A DNA stretch of 64,000 bases from Azolla caroliniana (lineage: Eukaryota > Plantae > Polypodiophyta), in assembly GCA_043228905.1 (NCBI GenBank), contig JBHGNT010000002.1:11284001-11348000 (forward strand), in the 5' to 3' direction. Both the position numbers and the translations under genes were made by a program. Below the pieces are notes generated by a model that made no database searches, was not told where the DNA came from, and saw nothing but the letters and a program-made list of their open reading frames with translations. Every line of letters begins with the position of its first letter. Positions within the stretch are counted from its first letter, which is position 1. Of the stretch, positions 10,801 through 24,089 are shown piece after piece.

Positions 10801-12334
10801 TTGGAGGCCAACAGTTGTTGTTGTTTCGAAGCAGGTTTCGGGGTGCCGTCCGTTGCTCTTCCCCGCTTCTTGGTTTGGATGGGCTCGACCGGTGGCGCCA
10901 ATAGGGTGAGCCATTGCGTTACCGCATGCCATATTTTCCAACCTTCCTTGCCATCCTTTCCTCTTACTATATCAATAGCCGTACACAGCCCGTCGACGAT
11001 CAGCATCGGCCAATCCACCTTGACCCCTTCGTACGTTGCGATGATCAAGCCTGCTCAGTTCTGAGGCATGACGGGGGGTCGAGGGTACACATGGCCGAAC
11101 TCATGGATCACACGGGCAATTTCGCGGAATAGCATATCTTCGCCGCCCTGTGTCCTGTAGCACTTGGAGGTAGGATTGTCGATCATGTAGATGCCTCCCT
11201 CCGGAAGGCCTATTAACACACGGATCGCCTCCTCTGTGATCACCTCTGTGTCGATTTCTTTGATAATCTTTTCAGCCTCCTTGTGTGGCGCCGCCTCCAT
11301 GATCGTTAAGAAACCCTCCAGTCCGTGCTACCGTAACCATTTCTTGGCGGCATCAGAAAGCGTTTGGCAGTCCATCTCTACGTTTCGCTCATTTGCCTTT
11401 TTCACCCATTCCGTTGCCTGTTTCCAGATGGCCTCTTGTGTCTCCCATTTCGTTGTCTTGCCCTTCGACCTTGTGGTGACCTACTGTAGGTCTGCGACTT
11501 CGGCGACTACCATGTTTACTGTCGGTCGCTTATCGTAGCTCTTTGCTGGACATTGATTACTATAATGTCCTTCTTGCCGGCAATAATAGCAATATGCTTT
11601 CCGGGTATTGCTGGATTCGGCATTGTTTCCTATACCCGGTGGAGGACCTGTGGTAACCACGGGGCTCTGGTCTGGTTGGCTTTCTTTCCGGATCACTTTT
11701 GAAAATGATCGATCCGTTCGGATTTCTTCCGCTGCTTGCTAGAAAGCCTCTCGCCACCTTCTCCGTTCAGCAAGTCTTCATGCTCTCTTCGTAACCGGGT
11801 CGTCTGTTGGCCTAGTCATCCGTTCCCGCCGCTGTTAACTGTGATTGTGCAGGAATCGTGGTCACCAAAAACTGTGTTACTCCTAGGGCCGGACAACAAC
11901 CTAACATAGGGTGTCCACTTAAGACACTTCACCAAAGGGTGGTATGGCAGAATGACTTACGACACAACGCTTAATTAGATCTTAATCGATTACTTAACAA
12001 TACATCATTAACACGCGTAAGATATACAATAAGCACAGAACGGTAATCAACACTGAAAGATTAAGGCAATAAGTTCTATTAATTATCCACTCTCGATTAC
12101 ATTGTAACCAGGCCTTTATATAGGTCTCCGGTGCGAAATACAAAACGGTGCCAACCGGCACCTTTTCGGGATCGGTCCGGATCTGGATCGGCATACCGAT
12201 TCCGGTCCGTCCGTCCACATCTTCTCATATATTACTATATATTTTAAGACTACTAATTACAACAGTTCCCGAATAAACTATTCCTTTCACACTCTCGTTT
12301 GGATCTCCTTATGCCTTCTTGCCAGCCGGTAACA
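7877..12334 (-). mobile_element. Non-autonomous non-chromovirus gypsy (Phygy/Tat-like): two 460-bp LTRs plus a third LTR stub
   Basis: LTRs 11875-12334 and 8124-8583 are near-identical. PBS TGGTGACCACGA (tRNA-Arg-like). Extra PBS, leader and LTR stub at 7877-8123. TSD GCAAG (7872-7876) / ACAAG (12335-12339). No RT or integrase. Confidence 0.9.
8638..11696 (-). pseudogene. Gag Zn-knuckle fragment fused to a long extra ORF with coiled coils
   Basis: CYYCRQEGHYSNQC, then same-frame ORFs 11300-11055, 11048-10581 and 10577-10359. After one frameshift come 10116-9895, 9849-9655 and 9528-8638, which are E/K/R/Q-rich. Confidence 0.75.
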
Positions 12335-13062
12335 ACAAGCTTCAACTTTGGCAAGAGTTGAACAACATTCAACAAAAAGATATGCCTGTGCTGGACTACA
12401 CCACCAAGATCAAGTGCATTTGCAACTCGCTTGGCTCCATCAATGTAAACATCGATGAAGACGAGATGGTTCAAGTTGCTTGGGCGGCCTTGCACATTGG
12501 TTCAACCCAATAAGGATGGCTATCTTGGTGAGAGCAAACCCTCCTTCATTCTTTGGCCTCCGATTAGTGTTCGAAGAGAACCACGTTCGAACCAAGACCT
12601 AGACCTCGGAATGACAAATGTTCTGCTCGAATACGGATGGTGGTCGGGGATGAGGTCAAGGTGGTAGAAGAGGTTGATTCGACCCATGTCACGAAGGGAA
12701 CGTAAACCTTTGACAAGAAAACAAAAGCCCTCAAGGAACCTTGGGAAGAAGGGGGAGCTCCCATGCCAAACAAGGTCGGAAAACAAGGCCTGTACTTTCA
12801 ACTATTGCGGCAAACTCAGCCAACGTGAAGAGGACTATGGGAAGAAGAGAAGTGAGTCAGTTTTAATAAGCTGAAAACTCACAAATTACGCCACTAACTC
12901 CGAATACCATCACTATGGTGGGCTATTCGTAATGAGGCATTGAGCGAATTCTATGACGGTGTCCGACTCCACAAGCACCTCCAACTCGGAAGATGTGTGC
13001 TTTGTCAACTTCGGCACTTCACATAATATGACGTCACACCAAGAGTGATTTCGTGACCTAAG

Positions 13063-16000
13063 TGACGAGAAATATGCGGAATAATCTCCGGCCACAACCA
13101 AAGCGTAGATCACTTGATGACAATCAAACACAGAAAAAATGGGAATGGAGGTAAGTACACAAAACAGAGAGAGAATACACAGGATATTAACATGGGAAAC
13201 CCTAAGAGGGAAAAACCATGGGAGTCCATAGACTCCAAACTATCACTATGTCAAGTAATACAACAGGGAGCACAGAGGCAACGACCTCTTGCTCACAATC
13301 TTCACCTAGCGGCGGTTACAACAGCGACACAATCTCTGTATATCGCTCTCTCTCTCTCCCTTACGCCCTATACAGGAGTTACACCAATAACTCTATCATA
13401 TTCATTGAGTTTTCCCTAGGTCATATTTATACTAATATGACTTTCGGGCTATTTACAAATATAGCCCTAGTGGGCTCCCTAGAACATATTTACATATATG
13501 TCCCTTCATCCGGTGAGAGGTTCTCACCGGGCCTGCAACATATGGTTCTCACCGGGTACTCGTCATCCGGTTCTCACCGGGTTTGCATCATCCGGTTCTC
13601 ACCGGGTCTTCCCTGCCGGGTACTAGTCATCTAGTTCTCACCAGGTCTGCATCATCCGGTTCTGGGTACTCCACATCCGGTTCTCACCGGGTCTTCCGAT
13701 GTCGGGCCTTCGTATCCCATCTGGAGGGACCGAGATCCTAACAATCTCCCCCTTGAGTCCGGCATGGGATGCCTCGTCAATTCGATCCATTTCTGGCATG
13801 CGTCTAGCTTGTCGAGTGTCAACACCTTGTTCAGCATATGCGACCAGTTCTCCTCCGTGTGGATCTTCGTCAGCACGAACTCTCTGTTTTCTACTCGCTC
13901 CCAAATCTAGTGGGTCCTCCGTTGGATGTGCTTCGTCCTGGAATGATACACTGCGTTCTTCGCAAGGTGGATGGCACTTTGACTGTCGCAATAGAGTCGG
14001 TATTCCTTTTGTCGGATCCCTAGCTCTTCGATGAAGTCCTTCATCCATAGTATTTCCTTGGCGGCTTCCACAGCCGCCATATACTCCGCTTCCGTGGTTG
14101 ACAACGCAACCGTCTTCTGCAGCCTCAATTGCCACGAAACAGCTCCCCCTGCATATGTCATGACATATCCGGATGTTGACAGGCTGGTATCCGCATCAGT
14201 CGACATATCCGAATCGGTGAAACCGTCAAGTTGGGGTTTACCGAAGCTGAATCGGAGACACATACTGGAGGTGCCTTTCAAGTACTGGAGTATCCATTTT
14301 ACCGCATTCCAGTGCTCCTTGCCGAGATTGCTCATAAACCGGCTCACCACCCCAACTCATATCCGATATCCGGTCGGGTACACACCATTGTGTACATTAG
14401 GCTCTCGACGGCAGAGGCATATGGTATCTTCATCATATCCGCCTTCTCTGCCTTCCTCTTCGGGCTTTCCTTATCGGATAACCTGCAGTTTGCCGGAAGT
14501 GTCGATTCGACCGGTTTCACATTTGACATGTGGGACCGCTGAAGCACCTTTGTGACGTACTTCTCTTGTGACAACTACAATTTCTTTGTTGGTCGGTCCC
14601 GGATGATATGCATCCCCAACATTTGTCTTGCCGGACCCAAGTCTTTCATTGAGAAGGTCCGGGTCAGGGCTTTCTTCAGCAACCGTATCTTGACTTGGTC
14701 TCGTCCAACGATCAACATGTCGTCCATGTACAAGAGGAGTATCAGGAAGTTTCCACCTTCAAACTTCTTCAAAAATACGCAGTGATCGGCCTGCGTCTTG
14801 TGGTACGCATGATTGGTCATGAAGGAGTCAAACTTCCGGTACCATTGCCGAGGAGCTTGCTTCAACCTGTAGAGGCTCTTTTTTAACCGGCAAACTTGGT
14901 GCTCCTTCCCTTTCTTCACAAATCCATCCAGTTGCCGCATGTAGATCTCCTCTTCGAGATCGCCATGGAGGAACGCCGTCTTCACGTCTAACTGCTCTAC
15001 CTCGAGGTCCATGCTTGCCGCTATGCTCAGCACCATCCGGATGGAAGTCATCTTTACTACCGGGGCAAATATCTCGTCAAAGTCCACGCCCTTCTTCTAC
15101 TCGAACCCCTTCACCATGATCCTGGCTTTGTACCTTGGAGGGCTCCCGACATCTCCCGGTTTCAACTTGTACACCCACTTGTTTCGGAGTGCCCTCTTTC
15201 CTTTCGGCAACTCCATCAATTCATACGTGTGGTTCTCATGCAGGGCATCCATCTCTTCCTTCGCTTCTTCGAAGCTTTCCGGCTCTCCCTCATTGATCAG
15301 CAGCACATGCTCTGCATTCAGAAATCTCCGGGGGGGCCTTCTATCTCTAAGAGGATATCTCCGTCTTTGGCTCTCCGCAACCGGCTCCTCTATTTGTTCT
15401 TCATCCGAATCTGATTCGGGGTCTTGGCTGGTTCCGGTTTCAGCTTCCTCTACATCTTCTTCTGCCAATTCGGTATCCTCACCGTAACCGGCTGGTTCCT
15501 CGACTGTCAACCGACTCTTAGCCAGGTGGGTCGGAATCTCATCGGAGTTCATTATCTTCTTCTCCGACTCCCAATCAACAAGAGTCTTGTCCTCCATGAA
15601 GATAATATCTTGGCTCCCGAAAACCTTCTTGTCAACCGTATCCCACACTCGGTAGCCCAACTCATCATCGCCGTATCCGAGGAATATGCATGGCTGCGTC
15701 TTTGGATCCACCTTTCCTCTCCGGTCCTTAGTAACATGCACGTACGCGAGACACCCGAACACCTTTAGATGCCGGTAGGACACTTCCTTACCGGTTCACA
15801 CCTTTTGCGGCTTGTCTCCATCCAAGGGGACTAAGGGTGATCTGTTTATCACATACGTCGTTGTCGACAACGCCTTAGCCCAAAAATTCTTGGGTAGCTT
15901 AGCATGTGCTAGCATACTCAAGACCCTCTGCATTATGGTCTAGTTCATGCTCTCGGCCAACCCATTTAGTTCCGGCCTCTTCGGCATGGTAAATTCGAGC

Positions 16001-18311
16001 CGGATTCCCTTCGAGCCGGATACTCCTCGAACTGCCCCCGGTATTCTCCTCTGTTATCTACTCGAACCGCCTTCAGCTTCCGTCCGGATTCTCTTTCCAC
16101 TCTTGCGTGGAGCTCCGTGAAGATGGATAACACCTGATCCTTCGTCTTCAATGGTGTGGCCCATAGCCTCCTGCTGTGGTCATCTATGAACATCACGAAG
16201 TAATGCGCTTCGGAATGGGACTTTGTGTCCACTTGACACACATCGGTATGCACCAACTCCAATGGTGCATTAAGTCTCATCGGTGGCCTTGATCGGAAGG
16301 AGGTCCGGTTTGGCTTCCCGACTAGATAGTCCGTGCACATTTCAAGATACACGTTCTTCACCGGAATGAGGTTGTCATCAGCAAGCCTCCTCATCCCCTT
16401 CACGCTCATGTGACAGTCTCTTGTGCCACAACTCACTAGCAGTGTCGGAAGCCACGTTCACTTCTTCCGGGCATAACCGATCATTCATCAGGTACAACGT
16501 GTTGACCTTCCGGGCCCGAGCCACTATCAGGCTCCCGTTGCTAAATTTCATGACTCCGTTCCGGATGCTACTCGTGTAGCCTTCATCATCTAGCGAACCG
16601 GCTGATATCAGGTTCAATCGAACCTCCGTACATGTCAGACATCCTTTAGCAGCAACTTGCATCTGGTTGGTGTTGTCAACCACACATCTCCTATGCCGAG
16701 AATTTGGCATGTACCTTCATTCCCCATCCGGACATAGCCGTGATCACCGGCCGTGTAGGATGAGAAGCATTTCCGGTCCGGGGTAAGGTGAAACGACACT
16801 CCGGAATTGACAACCCACGTTGTCTTGTCACCGGCAAGGTTCAACTCACTCTCCTCGGTGATGAGCATTAACTCTTCTTCACTTGCCGCAATTCTCGTCG
16901 TTCCCTTCCGGTCCAGTGTCCACTTCGAATCGGTACCGTTGGTTTCCTTGTCTTTTCGGAAGTGCCGACAGTTCTTCTGGAAGTGTCCCGGCATGCCGCA
17001 ATAAAAGCAAGTAGGCCTCCCCCTTGACTTTGACCGTGTCCTCAACTTTTCCTGGCTCTGGGGACTACGGTTCCTTTGTCTTCCGAGTTCCGATTCGGTA
17101 AGGAGCGCTTTGGAGTCAGAGCTCGTATCCTTGTCTTTCTGACGCGCCTCCTTATCTAGCAAGCTCGACTTCACTCTTGCTAGGGATAACCGTTTCCCTT
17201 CCGGCCCGACGTTGCCCAAAGTGACAACCAACATCTCCCAGCTATCGGGGAGGGAACCGAGTAGGAGTAGTGCTAGTACCTCATCGGCGAGAGGTACTTC
17301 CAATGATGTTCCCTGGTGGATCAGCCCCTGGAAGGCATTCATGTGCTCTGCCATGCTGGAGCCATCTTGGTACCAGAATCATACTAGCTTCCGAAATACC
17401 GAAACCTGATTAACAACATTTTTGTTCTAAAACATAATGCCGATCTTCTCCCAGAGCTCATGAGCCTTGCTCTCTTCATTGAAGTTGTTGTATAGGCTCA
17501 TGTCGATGAAGCACCGTATGTACGCCATTGTCTTCATGTGCATGACCTCCCATATCGAGGCATCGATCTTGTCCGGTCTCTTGTCCCCGAACTGAACCGG
17601 AAACCAAGGATCTTTAACCACGAGCATGTCCCTCATCTTCGAATTCCACACTAAGTAGTTGGAGCCGGTGAGCTTGAACATGCCTCCCAACGAATCGTCC
17701 ATTTTTCTGTGTCGTTTCGCTCTGATACTAGTTTGACGAAAAATATGCGAAATAATCTCTGGCCACAACCGAAGCGTAGATCACTTGATGACAATCAAAC
17801 ACAGAAGAAATGGGAATGGAGGTAAGTACACAAAACAGAGAGAGAATACACAGGATATTAACGTGGAAAACCCTGAGAGGGAAAAACCATGGGAGTCCAC
17901 AGACTCCAAACTATCACTATGTCAAGTAATACAATAGGGAGCTCTCGCTCTCCCTTACGCCCTGTACAGGAGTTACACCAATAACTCTATCATATTCATT
18001 GAGTTTGCCCTAGGTCATATTTATACTAATATGACTTTCGGGCTATTTACAAATATAGCCCTAGTGGGCTCTCTGGAACATATTTACATATATGTCCCTT
18101 CATCTAGTGAGAGGTTCTCACCGGGCCTGCAACATCTAGTTCTGACCGGGTCATCCTTGCCGGGTACTCGTCATCTGGTTCTCACCGGGTCTTCCTTGCT
18201 GGGTACTTGTCATCCGGTTCTCACGGGGTCTGCATCATCCGGTTCTGGGTACTCCAGATCTGGTTCTCACCGGGCCTTCATATCCCATCCGGAGGGACCG
18301 TGTTCCTAACA
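13063..18311 (-). mobile_element. Ty1/copia element, degenerate gag-PR-INT-RT-RH
   Basis: LTRs 13063-13743 and 17734-18311, Met-type PBS (TAGTATCAGAGC) and PPT at 13744-13755. Motifs CFYCGMPGHFQKNC, LVHTDVC, QLDVKTAFLHG, LYMDDML, YCDSQSAI. No matching TSD. Confidence 0.95.
13520..13700. repeat. U3 tandem motifs (CATCCGGTTCTCACCGGGT) in copia LTRs
   Basis: Repeated ~20-35-bp units here, at 18110-18275 and at 48545-48670. Confidence 0.85.
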
Positions 18312-18680
18312 CTTTGAACAATGAAGGATGCTTAATAGAAAAAGATGGCCGACTCATAGCTAAGGGACAGAGAGACGGCCAAATGTTCATTCTTGATTCT
18401 AACGAGGTGCAATCGGCCATGTATGCAAAAGGTCTCAACGCTGAGATGAACATCCAGTTGTGGCACAAGAGAATCAGCCATATCAACCTCCAACGGCTTC
18501 GAGCTAAGCAATCAAAGAAATATACACATACACATGTACATATTCATACTTAGTATTACGGTTTATCATATACACATACACATACACATACACATATGTT
18601 GAGAATCAAACTCAAATTTCCATGAGTGCGAACACGCTCTAGGATACTCACATATGTGAACACCCCACCTCCTTGTATAG

Positions 18681-21600
18681 TGAAAAGAATTGCGTGCGGA
18701 AGCAATACAGGAAACTAAACAACAGAAAACGCAAGTTTAATGGAAAGCTTAGGTTTGCACAGTACATACGGAAGAGACGGAGAGAGAGTAAACACAGAAC
18801 TTAATTCAAAAGGATAATACTCAATCTATACATAGGATGTGCTCAGTGAGCACTTTTATACAAGCCCTGACAATCGGGCTGACACAAGTACTGATAGTAC
18901 TTGATTGATCATAAATGAGCTTCGACTCTTACTCCCAAAACTATTCCTTATGAGGAATATCTCTCTAACGACCTTTCGGTTTATGCACCGATACGGCCTT
19001 CCTACGCACCGGTTTACGCACCCGTTTTACACATGGGTCTGGCCTAACCGATCGGTCCCAACCGATCCAGTCCTCAGTTTGCTCAGCCGATACGGCTGAT
19101 GTTGAGCTTGTCTCTTAACACTCCCCCTCAAGCTCAACTTGAGGTTCCACCTGTTCTGTTGGATCTACGTTCCAGCTTCTCCTTGTTCCACGCCTTGCTC
19201 GCGGTCCTCGGCCTGTTCGACTCCGCACGCTTCGACCCTTCCGGTCGGCTTGTCTACTCCCACGGCCCTTCTCAGCTTCTTTGTTGTTGCGGTGTTGGCA
19301 CCTCTTATGCCGCCTTCTCTTCTGCTTGGCCCTTGGTTGATTCAACGTATCCGAATCAAACATCTGAACCGACTTGGCTACCTCCGATCGGTTTTCGCTC
19401 TCGTCCGAGTTGGCTGTCTCCAACTCTTCTTCGGTCTTCTTGCCCTTGACGGCATCATCTCCCCCATGCTTGGATGGCTTCGGCTCTTTCTTCTAGCTGC
19501 TCCCTTTGTGTCCGCTTTTGGACTCTTCCGCAGGTCCGCCCTCGACTTCTTCAGCCGATCCGAAATCGAATTCATGATCCGACTCGGTTCCGTGGTCATT
19601 CAGGACACCATTCGGGACACCTCTCCCCCTCAAGTTCGGCACGTCGAGGTGACGCAACCCAAGCGCATCCGAGAATTGCCGCAACTTGTCCAGACCAAGA
19701 GGCTTGGTGAAGATGTCGGCGGGCTACCGATCCGTCAGAACATACTGAAGTTCGACTTCACCGAAGAGAACACGCTCACGGATGAAATGGTAGTGCACCT
19801 CAATGTGTTTAGTCCGGGCTTGGAAAATAGGGTTCTTGGCAAGCTAGATGCTGCTGAGGTTGTCGCAGTAGATCGTTGTCGAATCGAACAACTCCTCTTG
19901 TAGGTCCTTAAGTAGTCGTTTCAACCATATGGCTTCGCATGTCACGACAACCGCTCCTCGGTACTCAGCTTCGGTGCTCGATAGTGCAACTGTCGGCTTC
20001 TTACTACTCCACACGATCGCGACACTCCCAAGAGAGAACTTGTATCCGGATGTGGATCGGCGATCAGCGGCGTTGCCAACCCAGTCAGCATCGGTGTAGC
20101 CGACCAACGACGAGGCTGTACTGGTCCGATATAGCAGTCCCCGATCCTTAGTGCTGCTTACATACCGCAGTACGCGTTTCGCACACTGAAAGTGCTCCTC
20201 GGTAGGTCGCGCCATAAACTGACTGATCTCCCCCACCGGATAATTGAGATCGGGTCGGGTGATGGTCAAGTATATGAGGCTGCCAACTATCTGTCGGAAC
20301 CTCGTCGGGTCGCATACCTTGCCAGACTCGGGGCGAAGCTTGATGGTTCTGTCCAGAGGAGTCGAGACGGATTTACAGTCTACCATCCCGAATTTGAAGA
20401 GCATATTCAGCTAGCAATGACGTTGGCTGATCAGTATGCCTTCGGGGGTGCGGATCACTTCAATCCCGAGGAAGTAATGAAGGTCCCCCAGATCCTTCAT
20501 GTCGAATGAAGCCGCGAGCTAGAGCTTCACGCGGTCGATTTCACCTAGGTCGGCGCCAATGATGACCAAGTCCTCAACATATAGTAAAATACTAACCAGC
20601 CCGAGTTGACCTTTCCGGATGAACAGGGAAGAGTTTGATTTTGACGTTGCAAAGCCCATCCGACGCAGTTGTTGCGTGATCTTCGCGTTCCAGGCACGTG
20701 GGGCTTGCTTCAGTTTGTAAAGGGACTTCTTCAATCGGCACACTACCGAAGTGTTCGTTCCGAAGTGAAATCCGGGGGGTTGTACCATGTACACCTGTTC
20801 CTTAGGCTCACCTTGCAGGAACGCATTCTTTACATCCATCTGATGTAAGTGCCACCCCTTTGCCGCAACTACCGCGAGCAAAACAGGGACGGTCTCATCG
20901 TAGTCGATGCCGTGTTTCTGCGCATAGCCTTTTGCCACTAATCGGGCCTTGTATCGGTTGACCGAGCCGTCAGTGTTGTACTTGACCTTGTACACCCACC
21001 TACATCCGATCGGCTTCACACCCTTTGGTGCATCTCTTCCTCCATCGCGACACGCCAATTCACATTCTTAGCCGCTTCTGCGTAGCTCTCCGGCTCACGC
21101 ACTTCCGCTACATGGGTAATGTACGCATAATGATGCACCATGTACTCGTTGTATCCAAACCGCATAATTGGGTTCTTCTAGCGGGTTGATCGGCGCAATT
21201 GCTCATTAGCCGAAGTTGAGGCTTTCTTGGCCGACGCGGACTTCGGTCTCGAAGACCCGTTGTGACTTCCCTCGGAGTCGGACTCGCGTCGGTCTAACTC
21301 GTTCCTATCTATGCCGGAATCCGACAGCTTCTTCTTCCCTTTCTCTTTGCGCGTAAGCCATCTCCTCAGCTTCCTGCGCGGGGAATGCACGGCCGAGTCT
21401 TCACGACTCGCCGGCTCTTCATCGGACTGGTCGAACCGACTCAATCGTCCATTCGGTCCACTTAACCGAAACGAAATCGGACTCTCTTCGCTGGTCCTGA
21501 TTTTAGGCTCATCCAGAGGCATCTCAGTCTCGCTGACCTCATCGTCAGAACCCGGATTGGAGGTGAGGTACGGAGTCAAACGCAAGTACCAGGACGCGGA

Positions 21601-23830
21601 CTCATCAAACACATTGTCGCGGTTCACGTGTGTTTGTTTGGTACACGGGTTATAGCACTTATAACCCTTCTGCTCGTCCGAATAGCCGACCAAGTTACAC
21701 TTCTCAGCTTTCACGTCCAACTTCCTCCTTTTCTCCTTCAGCACATGCACATATGCAATGCTACCGAAAACTGGTAAGTGTCGCAAGTTCGGCTTCATTC
21801 CGTAATATAGCTCGTGTGCCGACACTTTATCTCCGATCTGATTCTGGATGTATACCGCGGTCCTTACCGCCTCGTCCCAGTAGAACTTGGACAAGCTCTT
21901 CTCCTCCAGCATTGCCCGTGCCGCTTCAACCACTGACCGATTTTTCCTCTCGGCCACGCCGTTTTGCTCTGGCATGTATCTACAACTGAATTCGCGCCGA
22001 ATTCCCATCTGTTGTAAATAACCGTTGAATTGACCGGAAAAGTATTCTTTTCCGCCATCCGACCGCAGGCACTTGATCTTTATTCCTGTTTCCGTTTCCG
22101 ATTGTAGGTCTTGAAGCCGCTGGTAGTTGACGTGGCCTATCCGCTTGTGCCATAAGTCGATGTCCGACTTGACATTCACAATCGGATGCGGAGTGTCGTC
22201 TTTGGTTGCGACTACTCCTGGTTGCGTCAGTTTCTCAAGGTACGAGAACCACTCCTTATGGCTTGTCATGTGATTTGACGCGCCGGAATCGACGTACCAC
22301 ACCTCGTCCGATTTCGGGGCGGACTGCTTCATTGAGTTTGCTTCGTGTCTCGTCACGAAGACTGACCCTTTTTCGGCTTCTCCGGATCCTTCGGCGTAGT
22401 GCGATCGTTGCCGATTTCCTTTGTCGGTATGTCCGGAACCAGATCTGGAACCGATCCTCTCCGACTCAGCGCGCTTTTTCCAGCACTCACTCTCCCTGTG
22501 GCCTTTCTTGCCACAGTACCAACATTCCGCGGCGGATTTCCCTTGCCGGTTCTTGTCGCCCCGACTCCCCCTGTTTCCAGAGGGTCCGGAATTGCTATCG
22601 GCATCATTTCGGTGCCTTCTTCCTTGATCCCGTCGACCGCCTCCATTGCGTACCGACTCGCCTCATCCGCCACGACCACGGGGCCTCTCTCCCTCCGTGT
22701 ACAGCATCTTGCTATCGGCATGTGTGCTTGTCGACGCACCCGCGTGGTTCTCCTCTATAAGGAGCATCGATTGTAACTTGAAAAAGGACGGCGTATTCTC
22801 CCGGGTACACACAGTAGTTCGGAACGCCCCGAACTTCGACGCCAAACCCCCGAGACAAACCTGGACCATCTCGCTTTCCACGATGTTCACATCGATGGAA
22901 GCTAAGGAGTCGCATATGTCCTTAATCCTTGAGGTATAGTCAGCCACCGACAAATCGCGTTGCCGTAGGTTGCTCAACTCCTGTCGGAGCTGAAGCTTCC
23001 TAGCTGTGGTGCTTGCGGCGAAAATCTTCTTCAGATTTTCCCACGCACCCTTCGGCGTTTTTGCATCCCGAACGTAGCCTAATAGCTGCTCACCCACACA
23101 AGACGCGAAACATTACAACACTCTGCTCGCCGATTGTTCCCACGCCGGGAAGTCTTTGTGTGTCGAATCGGGTGCTGTGTCATTTGCACCATCGACATAG
23201 CTCTAGTAATCGTGTCCGAGCAGGTACTGGTGCATCTTGTAAGACCAAGATGCATAGTTGTTTCGGTCGAGCTCCTCCGTCGGAAGCGAGCTAGCCATTC
23301 CTCTATCCATCGGTTTTCTTGTTCTTCTTCGTTGGTTTTTCCTTCAAGCAAAGTCGGCTGTAGAGGTTCTCAATCCTCGCGCTCTGATACCATGAAAAGC
23401 ATTGCATGCGGAAGCAATACAGGAAACTGAACAACAGAAAACGCAGGTTTAATGGAAAGCTTAGGTTTGCACAGTATGCACGGGAGAGACAAAGAGAGAG
23501 TAAACACAGAACTTAATTCAAAAGGATAATACTCAATCTGTACATAGGATGTGCTCAGTGAGCACTTTTATACAAGCCCTGATAATCAGGCTGACACAAG
23601 TACTGACAGTACTTGACTGCTCATAAATGAGCTTCGACTCTTACTCCCAAAACTATTCCTTATGAGGAATATCTCTCTAACAGCCTTTCGGCTTACGCAC
23701 CGATACGGCCTTCCTACACACCGGTCTACATACCGATTTACGCACCCGTTTTACGCACCGGTTTGGCCTAACCGATCCAGTCCTCGGTTTGCTCAGCTGA
23801 TCCGGCCGATGTGGAGCTTGTCTCTTAACA
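18681..23830 (-). mobile_element. Ty1/copia element with internal deletions and an extended post-RNase H region
   Basis: LTRs 18681-19120 and 23393-23830, TSD TATAG/TATAG, PBS TGGTATCAGAGC (23392-23381). Motifs WYVDSGAS, LRSDGGKEY, QMDVKNAF, YCDNLSSI. Confidence 0.95.
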
Positions 23831-24035
23831 TATAGTAACTACTATGTCGTAGAAGTTAATGTCCTATGACACATATTCCTTAAGTAGTTAAGACTCGACC
23901 TCTTTCCCAAGAGGTAGTACTAGTGAGAGAACTATGACTGAAGGTGACTACATATGCACCTTCTCTCTCTCTTTGTTACTGATGGTTATTCTTGCTTTCT
24001 TTAGAATACAATTTTCTAATTTTCTGTAATCGTGA

Positions 24036-24089
<54 letters not shown>

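Larger units (their letters stand above)
7751..18520 (+). pseudogene. Degenerate copia gag-PR-pre-integrase host, split by two insertions
   Basis: KDAWANLKKIFAANMTTRK (to 7876) resumes as KLQLWQELNNIQQ (12335-13062), then NNEGCLIEKDGRLIAKG...LWHKRISHIN (18312-18520). Confidence 0.8.
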
